From an uncultured Clostridium sp. (GTDB lineage: Bacteria > Bacillota > Clostridia > TANB77 > CAG-508), in contig USJO01000002.1 of NCBI GenBank assembly GCA_900555075.1, forward strand, positions 1 through 57,845: DNA of 57,845 bases, in the 5' to 3' direction. The position numbers and the translations under genes are program-made. This document shows, in pieces, positions 1 to 8,003 of this stretch (positions within the stretch are counted from its first letter, which is position 1; each line of letters begins with the position of its first letter). The notes beneath the pieces were generated by a model. The model did no database searches, was not told the DNA's origin, and saw nothing but the letters and a program-made list of their open reading frames with translations.

Positions 1-80
1 AGCTATGAACCTCGTCAGGTCCGGAAGGAAGCAGCGATAAATGGTAAAATTTATGTGAGTTGCTTTCCATAGAGAGGTTA
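1..80 (+). ncRNA. ffs: 3' part of signal recognition particle RNA (scRNA/4.5S family), cut by the window edge
   Basis: The conserved SRP domain IV sequence GTCAGGTCCGGAAGGAAGCAGC lies at 14-35 (GGAA tetraloop). Its position just upstream of dnaX matches the classical Firmicute scr-dnaX-ybaB-recR order. The 3' end cannot be fixed by eye. Confidence 0.7.
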
Positions 81-103
81 ACTTGAGTTATAGGAGGAAA
101 AGT

Positions 104-1666
104 ATGTCGTACACTGCATTATATAGAAAATTTAGACCAATAAGTTTTAACGAAATGGTAGGACAAGAGCACATAACAAAAACGCTAAAAAATCAAATTA
201 TTGCTAAAAGAGTGGGACATGCATATTTATTTAGTGGAGGCAGAGGAACTGGTAAAACATCAGCAGCCAAAATTATGGCAAGAGCTATTAATTGCTTAAA
301 TCCAAAGGAAGATGGAGAACCTTGTAATGAGTGCGAAATTTGCAGAGCAATCTTAAATGGCTCATTAACCGATGTAGTTGAAATGGATGCTGCTTCAAAT
401 AATAGTGTTGAGGACGTTAGAGCAATTAGAGATGAGGTAAACTTTTTACCAACAATTGCAAAATATAGAGTATATATCATAGATGAGGTTCATATGCTAT
501 CAACAGGAGCTTTTAATGCACTTTTAAAAACACTAGAAGAACCACCAGAGCATGTAAAATTCATATTAGCCACAACAGAACCTCAAAAGCTACCAGCAAC
601 AATACTTTCAAGATGTCAAAGATTTGATTTCAAGAGAATATCTGTAGAGGATATAATTAAAAGGTTAAAAGTAATATGCAAAGAAAGCGAAATACAAATA
701 ACAGAAGAAGCAGTAAAAATGATTGCAACATTAGCGGAGGGAGCTCTAAGGGATGGAATAAGCATATTAGAAAGATGTAGCCAAGATACAGAAGGGATTA
801 TAGATGAAAATAAAATTAGAGACTTAGTAGGAATGCCAAGACTAGAGTTAATAAAGGGACTTGTAAAAAGCATTATAGATAAAGAACCTGAAAAAGCAAT
901 TGAAATAACAAATACAATTATTAGAGAAGGCAAAGATTTAGATAATCTCTTATGGGAAATTATAAAATATGTAAAAGACACCTTGATATATAAAACAACT
1001 CAAGAGCTGGATTTATACAGTAAAGAGGACATAGAGTTTATAAAAGAATTATCTTCAAAACCTACAAAGGAAAGACTTTTAAACTTAATATATAAATTAT
1101 CAGACTTGGCAAATAATATGAAGGCTTCAACGCAAAAGAATATTATATTCCAAATTGGAATTATAAAAGAATGTATGGAATTAGAGGCTAGAAGTGAGAA
1201 TTTAGAGCTTAAGAATCAAGAGGCAAAAGTAGCAGAGAAAAAAACAATACAAAGACAGGAATCTAAACCAGCACAAGTAAAGCAGGAAACACCAAAAGCA
1301 GAAGAAACAATACAAAAAGTAAAATCTTCAGGTAAATATGTTCCATACTGGAAAGAGGTATTGGATAAGATAAAAGAAAATGGTAAAATGACAATGTATG
1401 CAAACCTTATAGGAACAAAAGGAGTTTTATTAAATGATTTAGTAATAGGAATAGAATTTCCAGGCAAAGTTACAGATTTCGCAAAAAAGACCATAGAAGA
1501 TAATGAAAATAAAGCATTAATGGAAAAAATTATTTCAATGAAACAAGGCACTAGTATGCAAATAAAAATACTAGAAAAAACGAAAAATCCAGAATCAATA
1601 AAAAAAGAAGGAATAGAGGGCTTTGCAGAAGAACAAGATTTACCCTTCAACATAATAGACGAATAA
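104..1666 (+). CDS. dnaX: DNA polymerase III subunit gamma/tau
   Basis: Start moved from TTG 83 to ATG 104, which has AGGAGG upstream and gives the canonical N-terminus MSYTALYRKFRP. Motifs: Walker A GGRGTGKTS, zinc module CNECEIC, DEVHML box and SRC-like LSRCQRFDF. Confidence 0.95.
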   Translation: MSYTALYRKFRPISFNEMVGQEHITKTLKNQIIAKRVGHAYLFSGGRGTGKTSAAKIMARAINCLNPKEDGEPCNECEICRAILNGSLTDVVEMDAASNNSVEDVRAIRDEVNFLPTIAKYRVYIIDEVHMLSTGAFNALLKTLEEPPEHVKFILATTEPQKLPATILSRCQRFDFKRISVEDIIKRLKVICKESEIQITEEAVKMIATLAEGALRDGISILERCSQDTEGIIDENKIRDLVGMPRLELIKGLVKSIIDKEPEKAIEITNTIIREGKDLDNLLWEIIKYVKDTLIYKTTQELDLYSKEDIEFIKELSSKPTKERLLNLIYKLSDLANNMKASTQKNIIFQIGIIKECMELEARSENLELKNQEAKVAEKKTIQRQESKPAQVKQETPKAEETIQKVKSSGKYVPYWKEVLDKIKENGKMTMYANLIGTKGVLLNDLVIGIEFPGKVTDFAKKTIEDNENKALMEKIISMKQGTSMQIKILEKTKNPESIKKEGIEGFAEEQDLPFNIIDE

Positions 1667-1707
1667 AAAAATAATTAATAATGAATAAAGGAAAGGAATG
1701 ATTTTAG

Positions 1708-2052
1708 ATGTCAAAAAGAGGAGGATTCCCAGGAATGGGTGGAGGATTTGGTGGTATGAATATCAATCAATTAATGAAGGAAGCAAAAAAAATGCAAGCT
1801 GATATGGAAAAATCACAAGAGGAATTACAAGCAAAGGAATTTGAATCAACAGCAGGTGGAGGAGCAGTAAGTGTAAAGGTTTCAGGCTCAAAACAAATAT
1901 TAGAACTAAAGCTAAACAAGGAAGTTGTTACCCCAGACGATGTAGAAATGTTACAAGATTTAATAATAACCTGTGTAAATGATGCAATGAGAAAAGTAGA
2001 TACAGCACAATCAGCACAATTTGGAAAATACAATATACCAGGACTAATGTAG
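1708..2052 (+). CDS. ybaB: YbaB/EbfC family nucleoid-associated protein
   Basis: 114 aa with a Gly-rich N-terminus, then MKEAKKMQADMEKSQEEL and a GGGAVSVKVSG core. Sits in the conserved position between dnaX and recR. Confidence 0.9.
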   Translation: MSKRGGFPGMGGGFGGMNINQLMKEAKKMQADMEKSQEELQAKEFESTAGGGAVSVKVSGSKQILELKLNKEVVTPDDVEMLQDLIITCVNDAMRKVDTAQSAQFGKYNIPGLM

Positions 2053-2061
2053 GAGGAAACA

Positions 2062-2661
2062 GTGTCATACTATTCACCAACAATAGAAAAATTAATAGAA
2101 AGTTTTGAAAAATTACCAAGCATAGGACATAAAACTGCAACAAGATTAGCATTTCATATGTTGAATTTAAATATAGAAGATACACAGGAATTTATAAATT
2201 CAATAATCGAAGCAAAAAAGAACTTAAAATATTGTTCAAAATGTTTTAACATAACAGATACAGACCCATGTCCAATATGCTCAAGTCCAAAGAGAGACCA
2301 AAGCACAATCTGTGTTGTAGAGGATGTAAAGGATGTAGTTGCCATGGAGAAAACACATGAATTCAAAGGTGTATATCATGTTTTACATGGTTCAATATCA
2401 CCAATGAATGGAATAGGTCCAGAGGATATAAAAATAAAAGAACTACTAGAAAGATTAAAAGAAACAGATGTAAATGAAATAATAATTGCAACAAACCCAA
2501 GAGTAGAAGGGGAAGCAACAGCTATATATTTATCAAAACTAATCAAACCAATAGGAATAAAGGTAACTAGAATAGCACATGGAATACCTGTTGGAGGAGA
2601 CTTAGAATATACAGATGAAGTAACTCTAAGCAAAGCATTAGAAGGAAGGCGTGAGCTATGA
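2062..2661 (+). CDS. recR: Recombination protein RecR
   Basis: GTG start 6 nt after AGGAGG. Has the HhH N-terminus ([15 protein letters not shown]), a C4 zinc finger [16 protein letters not shown] and a Toprim domain ([10 protein letters not shown]). Confidence 0.95.
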   Translation: MSYYSPTIEKLIESFEKLPSIGHKTATRLAFHMLNLNIEDTQEFINSIIEAKKNLKYCSKCFNITDTDPCPICSSPKRDQSTICVVEDVKDVVAMEKTHEFKGVYHVLHGSISPMNGIGPEDIKIKELLERLKETDVNEIIIATNPRVEGEATAIYLSKLIKPIGIKVTRIAHGIPVGGDLEYTDEVTLSKALEGRREL

Positions 2662-2823
2662 TAAAAAAATGTTTATAAAGATAATATGGCTAGGTTATCT
2701 CCCAGAGCGGTGAAAAAAGCAGCTAAAACTACTACATCTTCTTTGCTACATTCATTAGAAATAGCAATGGCTAAACTACTAGCTAGAGCCACAAGTTCAC
2801 AGTTTGAAAGATTAGATATACAC

Positions 2824-2861
2824 AAAAAACTCACCTCTAATAAATATATGAGGTGAGTTTT
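2824..2861. terminator. Bidirectional rho-independent terminator between recR and the convergent glycolipid synthase gene
   Basis: Stem CTCACCTC / GAGGTGAG, flanked by an A-run on the left and a T-run on the right. Confidence 0.7.
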
Positions 2862-2864
2862 AAT

Positions 2865-3989
2865 TTATCCCAATAATGTTTTGCATATATCTCTAGTTGA
2901 ATCCTTTTTAGCTATGGATTTAACTTTAGATTTCATTTCTTCCAACCTAGAAGAATCTTGGAATATATTTAACAAAATTTCTTCAATCTTGTCATTTTCC
3001 TTTACCCAAATTCCAGCACCATTTCTCTCAATAAATTCTGCATTTTCTTCCTCTTGACCAGGAAGAGGATCTATTATGATAAGTGGCAAGCCAGAAGCTA
3101 GGCTCTCTGTGGTTGTGAGTCCACCTGGTTTTGTGATAACTAAATCGGAAATACTCATAAGTTCTGGAACTTGGTTTGTATATGACAAAATTTTGACGGT
3201 ATTTTCAGTATGAGTATCTTGTACTAAATTATCAAAACGCTCCTTCATTTTTTTATTTCTACCAGCAATTGCAATTACTTGCAATTCTGGAAGTTTTTCT
3301 ATGATAGCTTTTAATCTGTTAAATGTTTTATCTTTTCCAAAACCAAACTCGCCGCCAGCGAAAAATAGTATTGTTTTTTTATCATAATTCAAATTATATT
3401 CATGTAGAATTTTTGATTTATCATACTTAAGTAAAAATCTACTTGAGAGAGGAATACCAGTTGCAAAAATCTTTTTACGTTCAATTCCCATTCTAATTAA
3501 TTCATCTTTCATACCTTCATGTGCTACAAAGTAGTAGTTAATAAAATTGTGTTCTACAATCCATTGATTGTGCGGAGCATAATCAGTCATAACAGTTGCA
3601 ACTGTGCAATCGAATTTTCCTTTTTTCTTTAAAATGGCACACATTTGACTACTAAATGGGTGTGTAGAAATAATTAAATCAGGGTTATATTCTTGAATTA
3701 ATTTATTTAATTTAATAGCCATTAATCTATTTATAGAATTACTTATTCTAGACAAACTCCCTTTTTCAGAGTCATAGTAAAGATGCTTCCAAATCCATCG
3801 AGCATTCTTAGAAAAATCCATATATGCTTTAGTAGTGAGTTTGTTAAGAAGTTTATTAACATATTCAACACAATCTACAAGCTTAATCTCATAATCTGAA
3901 TAATTCTTTTCTATGTAATCTTTGATACTTCTAGCAGCAGACAGGTGACCACCGCCATAAGAACCATAAAAAATTAAAATTTTCTTCAT
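2865..3989 (-). CDS. MGDG synthase / processive diacylglycerol glucosyltransferase family protein (GT28, UgtP-like)
   Basis: N-terminal KILIFYGSYGGGH and C-terminal ITKPGGLTTTESLASGLPLI motifs. The start is placed at the second ATG (3989), because the first ATG (4007) lies inside an extended -10 box TGTTATAAT (4006-4014, minus strand). Confidence 0.8.
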   Translation of the reverse strand: MKKILIFYGSYGGGHLSAARSIKDYIEKNYSDYEIKLVDCVEYVNKLLNKLTTKAYMDFSKNARWIWKHLYYDSEKGSLSRISNSINRLMAIKLNKLIQEYNPDLIISTHPFSSQMCAILKKKGKFDCTVATVMTDYAPHNQWIVEHNFINYYFVAHEGMKDELIRMGIERKKIFATGIPLSSRFLLKYDKSKILHEYNLNYDKKTILFFAGGEFGFGKDKTFNRLKAIIEKLPELQVIAIAGRNKKMKERFDNLVQDTHTENTVKILSYTNQVPELMSISDLVITKPGGLTTTESLASGLPLIIIDPLPGQEEENAEFIERNGAGIWVKENDKIEEILLNIFQDSSRLEEMKSKVKSIAKKDSTRDICKTLLG

Positions 3990-4089
3990 AAATTTCACCA
4001 AAAACATTATAACATAAATTTTACAAAAAAAAGAATATTTTAAAAAAATTAGGAAAAAATAAATGAAGATTGAAAATTAAAGGAGAGTT

Positions 4090-4545
4090 ATGAAAAAGAT
4101 ATTTATTTTGACGATAAGCATTTTGATTGCAATAGCTTTAATTATATTTTCATATTCCAAAAAAGAATTTGCACAAGGCGGAGGACAAACTTCAGACATA
4201 CAACTTTTAGCCAGAGCAATAAATGGAGAAGCAAGAGGAGAAGGATATGAAGGACAAGTTGCAGTTGGAGCAGTAATTTTAAACAGAGTAAAGCATCCTG
4301 ATTTTCCGAACACAATAGCAGGTGTAATATATGAACCGGGAGCATTTACAGCAGTATCAGATGGCCAAATAAATCATCCGATTGATGAAACTTCAACTGT
4401 ATATAAAGCAGCTCAAGACGCAATGAATGGCTGGGATCCAACGAATGGGTGCGTGTACTATTTTAATCCAAACACAGCGACAAATAAATGGATATGGTCA
4501 AAAACAATAGTTAAAACTATTGGAAAACACCATTTTTGCAAATAA
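4090..4545 (+). CDS. sleB: SleB/CwlJ-family spore cortex-lytic cell wall hydrolase with N-terminal membrane anchor or signal
   Basis: LLARAINGEARGEGYEGQVAVGAVILNRV...FPNTIAGVIYEPGAFTAV is the Hydrolase_2 catalytic-domain signature. It is followed by a ypeB-like gene. No N-terminal PG-binding domain is present. Confidence 0.8.
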   Translation: MKKIFILTISILIAIALIIFSYSKKEFAQGGGQTSDIQLLARAINGEARGEGYEGQVAVGAVILNRVKHPDFPNTIAGVIYEPGAFTAVSDGQINHPIDETSTVYKAAQDAMNGWDPTNGCVYYFNPNTATNKWIWSKTIVKTIGKHHFCK

Positions 4546-4580
4546 ATTCAAGAAAATAGAGCTGTTTTTAAAAGAAAGTA

Positions 4581-4638
4581 GCCCAACGCAGGAGTTTTAT
4601 ATCTAGAATAAATATAAAAGCTCCGACGAGATTTGGCA
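4581..4638 (+). repeat. Copy A of a 58-nt palindromic intergenic repeat (partner at 31028-31085, opposite orientation)
   Basis: GCCCAACGCAGGAGTTTTATATCTAGAATAAATATAAAAGCTCCGACGAGATTTGGCA. It matches the reverse complement of 31028-31085 at about 52 of 59 hand-aligned positions. The internal hairpin is GGAGTTTTATAT / ATATAAAAGCTCC. Confidence 0.8.
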
Positions 4639-4671
4639 TATTTTAAGAAAATATATGTAAAGGAGATTAGA

Positions 4672-6048
4672 ATGAAAAACAAAATTTTTAAAACAATGAA
4701 AAAAAACTATATGTATGGAGTAGCAATAGTTTTGATAATTGGAATAATAGTAATGGGAATATTATTATATAAACAAAGAAACAAATATGTAATTGCTACA
4801 GAAAATAGCTATAATTTAGCATTATATGAATTAATTGATTATATAAATGATACTGAAAATTATTTGGCAAAGTCAATGATATCAAGTTCATCAGAACAAG
4901 GAGCAGAAACACTAATGCACATATGGAGAGAAGCGAACTTGGCACAAGTATATTTAGCTCAACTTCCAATATCAACAAATGAATTAGCAAATACTGCTAG
5001 ATTTCTAAATCAAGTAAGTGATTATAGTCATAGTTTAGCCAAAAAAGCTATAAATGGCGAAGATTTATCACAAGAAGAGCTAGACAATTTAAAAAAATTA
5101 CATGATTATTCAGCAGATTTGCAAAATACACTAGAACAATTAATAATAGATATGGGAAATGGAAAAATAAGCTGGAAAGAACTTACAAATGATGTTGATA
5201 CAGCATTTGCACAACAGGTAGATAATTTATCTGCAACAAGTTTCAGCAATATAAATGAAAACTTTGGAGAATATGAAGGACTAATATATGATGGAGCCTA
5301 TTCAGAACATATGGAAAGCGCAGAAAAGAAGGGCTTAGTTGGAGATGACGTAACAGAGGAGGAAGCAAAACAAAAAGCAATAAGTTTTATAGGTCAAGAT
5401 AAAGTTGAAGAAATTAAATCAAATGGTTTAATTGAAAATGGAAATATTGTAGTTTATGATTTTACCATTACAATAAAAAATGGAGATAAAAATAATCCAC
5501 TTACGATATCAGTATCAAAAAAAGGCGGGCATATTGTACTTGCAAATTATAACCGTGAAATAGGAGAAGAAAAAATACAGATAGATGAAGCAAACAAAAT
5601 TGGTAAAAATTTCTTAAATAATTTAGGAATTCCAAATATGAAGCCAACTTACTATTTAAAACAAGGTGGGGCAGTAACAATAAATTATGCATATGAACAA
5701 GACAATGTAACTATTTATCCAGATTTAATCAAAGTAAAAATAGCACTAGATAATGGAGAAGTTTTAGGGATGGAAACAACAGGTTATTTAAATAACCATA
5801 CGGAAAGAAATATAGAAAAGCCAAGTATTAGTATGCAGGAGGCCAAATCATCACTAAATAAAAAATTAGAGATAACAAGCGAAGGACTAGCAATAATACC
5901 AACAGAATGGAAAACAGAAATATTTTGCTATGAATTTAAAGGGAAAGTGGATGGTACAGACTTTTTAGTATATGTTAATGCAAAAACTGGTAAAGAAGAA
6001 AACATACTTGTTATTATTGACACACCAGATGGAATATTAACGCAATAG
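4672..6048 (+). CDS. ypeB: Germination protein YpeB-like (PepSY-type C-terminal repeats)
   Basis: Start moved to ATG 4672, which has AGGAG 7 nt upstream. Has an N-terminal TM helix and lies downstream of the SleB-type hydrolase, as in sleB-ypeB operons. Length and layout fit YpeB. Confidence 0.75.
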   Translation: MKNKIFKTMKKNYMYGVAIVLIIGIIVMGILLYKQRNKYVIATENSYNLALYELIDYINDTENYLAKSMISSSSEQGAETLMHIWREANLAQVYLAQLPISTNELANTARFLNQVSDYSHSLAKKAINGEDLSQEELDNLKKLHDYSADLQNTLEQLIIDMGNGKISWKELTNDVDTAFAQQVDNLSATSFSNINENFGEYEGLIYDGAYSEHMESAEKKGLVGDDVTEEEAKQKAISFIGQDKVEEIKSNGLIENGNIVVYDFTITIKNGDKNNPLTISVSKKGGHIVLANYNREIGEEKIQIDEANKIGKNFLNNLGIPNMKPTYYLKQGGAVTINYAYEQDNVTIYPDLIKVKIALDNGEVLGMETTGYLNNHTERNIEKPSISMQEAKSSLNKKLEITSEGLAIIPTEWKTEIFCYEFKGKVDGTDFLVYVNAKTGKEENILVIIDTPDGILTQ

Positions 6049-6149
6049 ACTAAGAATATTTGAAAAAATTTCTAGTGTATTTTATGCGTTTCTGAGCAAA
6101 CTAATTTTAAGAAAAATGAAATTTCATTTTTCTTAAAGGAGGATTGCTG

Positions 6150-6317
6150 ATGTCTGGAAATAAAAACTTAATGTCTGAAAACCTAAAAGCAGAAATAGCA
6201 AAAGAACTAGGAGTATATGATGTAGTTAAACGTGATGGTAGTTGGGGAAATGTATCTGCAAAACAATGCGGTTCTATGGTTGCGAAGGCAATAGAAATCG
6301 CAAATAGAAATGTGTAA
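6150..6317 (+). CDS. ssp: Alpha/beta-type small acid-soluble spore protein (55 aa, below the ORF-track cutoff)
   Basis: Translates to MSGNKNLMSENLKAEIAKELGVYDVVKRDGSWGNVSAKQCGSMVAKAIEIANRNV. The K-EIA-ELGV and G...G.MV...IE.A blocks fit alpha/beta SASPs. AGGAGG lies 7 nt upstream and a terminator follows. Confidence 0.8.
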   Translation: MSGNKNLMSENLKAEIAKELGVYDVVKRDGSWGNVSAKQCGSMVAKAIEIANRNV

Positions 6318-6347
6318 CTAAATATAATCTACAATTTACGTTTTACG

Positions 6348-6376
6348 TTAGGAACCCTTATGGGTTCCTAAATTTT
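6348..6376 (+). terminator. Rho-independent terminator after the SASP gene
   Basis: Perfect 10-bp stem TTAGGAACCC / GGGTTCCTAA with loop TTAT, followed by ATTTT. Confidence 0.8.
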
Positions 6377-6401
6377 GCGTAAAAAATAAAGGCAAAAAGG
6401 G

Positions 6402-6430
6402 TTGATTATTTATATGTTTTGTTATATAAT
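6402..6430 (+). promoter_or_regulatory. Sigma-A-type promoter for the glycopolymer operon
   Basis: TTGATT, 17 nt spacer, TATAAT, located 26 nt upstream of the tagG-like start. Confidence 0.5.
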
Positions 6431-6455
6431 TTAGACGAAAAATCGGAGGGATAGT

Positions 6456-7244
6456 ATGTTCGTAAAAAACGTTATGATAAATCTAAAAAAATATTCATTT
6501 TTATTACAGCAATTAGTATCAAGAGATTTTAAAGTAAAATATAAAAGATCAGTATTAGGAATAGTATGGAGCTTATTATACCCAATATTAACAATGATAG
6601 TAATGGCAATAGTATTTTCAAATGTGTTTAAATTTAGTACACCAAATGTAAATTATTTAGCATATTTACTTTCAGGTTTAGTTATGTTTAATTATTTTAG
6701 TGAAGCATCAAATTTATCTATGAGTTCGGTAGTTGCTAACTTTGGATTATTAAACAAGATATACATACCAAAATATATATTCCCATTATCTAAATGCTTA
6801 TTTGTGGGTATAAATTTCTTACTCACACTAATTCCACTATACATAGTGCTTTTAGCAACAGGAACAGGTGTAAATTGGTATCATATATTTTTACCATATG
6901 CGTATTTATGTTTATTTATGTTCACACTAGGTATGGGATTTATATTATCAGCAGTATCAGTATTTTTAAGAGATATGTTTTACATATATGGAATAATAGT
7001 AATGATGTGGACATACTTAACACCAATTATGTATGATATAAAAATGATTTCAGAAGAATTACAGCCATGGCTTAAATTAAATCCACTCTATCATTATATC
7101 AATTTTGCAAGAGAAATTATATTATATGGGAGAATCCCACAACCTTTTACTTGGACAATTTGTTTACTATCATCAGTAGCAGTATTACTAATTGGGGTTA
7201 TAGTATTTAAGAAAACTCAAGATAAATTTATTTATTACGTATAA
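6456..7244 (+). CDS. tagG: ABC-2 type polysaccharide/teichoic acid export permease (TagG/Wzm-like)
   Basis: 262 aa, six hydrophobic segments. The N-terminal SRDFKVKYKRSVLGIVWS motif is typical of TagG/KpsM/Wzm permeases. Confidence 0.85.
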   Translation: MFVKNVMINLKKYSFLLQQLVSRDFKVKYKRSVLGIVWSLLYPILTMIVMAIVFSNVFKFSTPNVNYLAYLLSGLVMFNYFSEASNLSMSSVVANFGLLNKIYIPKYIFPLSKCLFVGINFLLTLIPLYIVLLATGTGVNWYHIFLPYAYLCLFMFTLGMGFILSAVSVFLRDMFYIYGIIVMMWTYLTPIMYDIKMISEELQPWLKLNPLYHYINFAREIILYGRIPQPFTWTICLLSSVAVLLIGVIVFKKTQDKFIYYV

Positions 7245-7255
7245 TAGGAGGAAAT

Positions 7256-7993
7256 ATGATTAAAGTAGATAATGTATCAATGAAATTTAATCTTGGAATA
7301 GAAAAAAACTTCTCACTAAAATTATTCTTTATAAATCTATTTAAACCCAAAAGTAAAAAACCTAAAAAGGAGGATTTCTGGGCATTAAAAGATGTTTCGT
7401 TCGATGTTAAAAAAGGAGAAGTAATAGGCTTTATTGGAAGTAATGGAGCAGGAAAATCAACAATGCTTAAAGTAATAGCAGGGGTAATGAAACCTACAAA
7501 GGGAAAAGTAACAGTAAATGGAAATATTTGCCCAATGATAGAACTTGGAGCAGGATTTGATATGGAACTAACAGCAAGAGAAAATATATATTTAAATGGT
7601 GCAGTATTAGGATACACCAAAGAATTTATAGAGCAAAAATTCGATGAAATAGTTGAATTCTCAGAATTAAAAGACTTCTTAGATGTGCCAGTAAGAAACT
7701 TTTCATCAGGTATGACAGCAAGACTAGCATTTTCAATAGCTACAGTTGTTGACCCAGAAATATTAATAGTAGACGAAATTTTATCAGTAGGAGATATATC
7801 TTTCCAAAAGAAAAGCGAAGCAAAAATGAGAAGTATGATAGGCGGAGGAACAACAGTTTTATTTGTATCACACTCATTAAATCAAATAGAAAAAATATGT
7901 GATAGAGTAGTATGGCTAAATCACGGACAAGTAGTAAAAATAGGACCTGCAAAAGAAATTTGCAAAGAATATTATGATAGTCAGATGAAATAG
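7256..7993 (+). CDS. tagH: Polysaccharide/teichoic acid export ATP-binding protein (TagH/Wzt-like, short form)
   Basis: Walker A GSNGAGKST, signature SSGMTARLAF, Walker B ILIVDE. At only 245 aa, it has no C-terminal carbohydrate-binding extension. Confidence 0.9.
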   Translation: MIKVDNVSMKFNLGIEKNFSLKLFFINLFKPKSKKPKKEDFWALKDVSFDVKKGEVIGFIGSNGAGKSTMLKVIAGVMKPTKGKVTVNGNICPMIELGAGFDMELTARENIYLNGAVLGYTKEFIEQKFDEIVEFSELKDFLDVPVRNFSSGMTARLAFSIATVVDPEILIVDEILSVGDISFQKKSEAKMRSMIGGGTTVLFVSHSLNQIEKICDRVVWLNHGQVVKIGPAKEICKEYYDSQMK

Positions 7994-8003
7994 GAGAAAA
8001 TTG

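Noticed and set aside
83-103. TTG start at 83 for dnaX. Similar track starts occur at 4633, 8001, 12946, 24476, 31505, 42905, 44288, 49293 and 49706.
   Set aside because: Downstream ATG or GTG codons have properly spaced SD sequences and give canonical N-termini. The upstream extensions overlap terminators, repeats or RNA genes.
1216-1653. Long antisense ORFs in the six-frame track, such as 193-480, 616-981, 1216-1653, 10288-10740, 11968-12534, 23909-24334, 34146-34565, 54439-54861 and 56015-56419.
   Set aside because: Each lies entirely within, and antisense to, a gene with strong family motifs. Their products are low-complexity and rich in hydrophobic or Ser/Phe/Ile residues. This is typical of shadow frames in AT-rich DNA, and none has an SD.
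6794-7036. 80-aa plus-strand ORF inside the tagG-like permease gene, in another frame.
   Set aside because: It is fully nested in a well-supported permease ORF, with no SD and odd composition.
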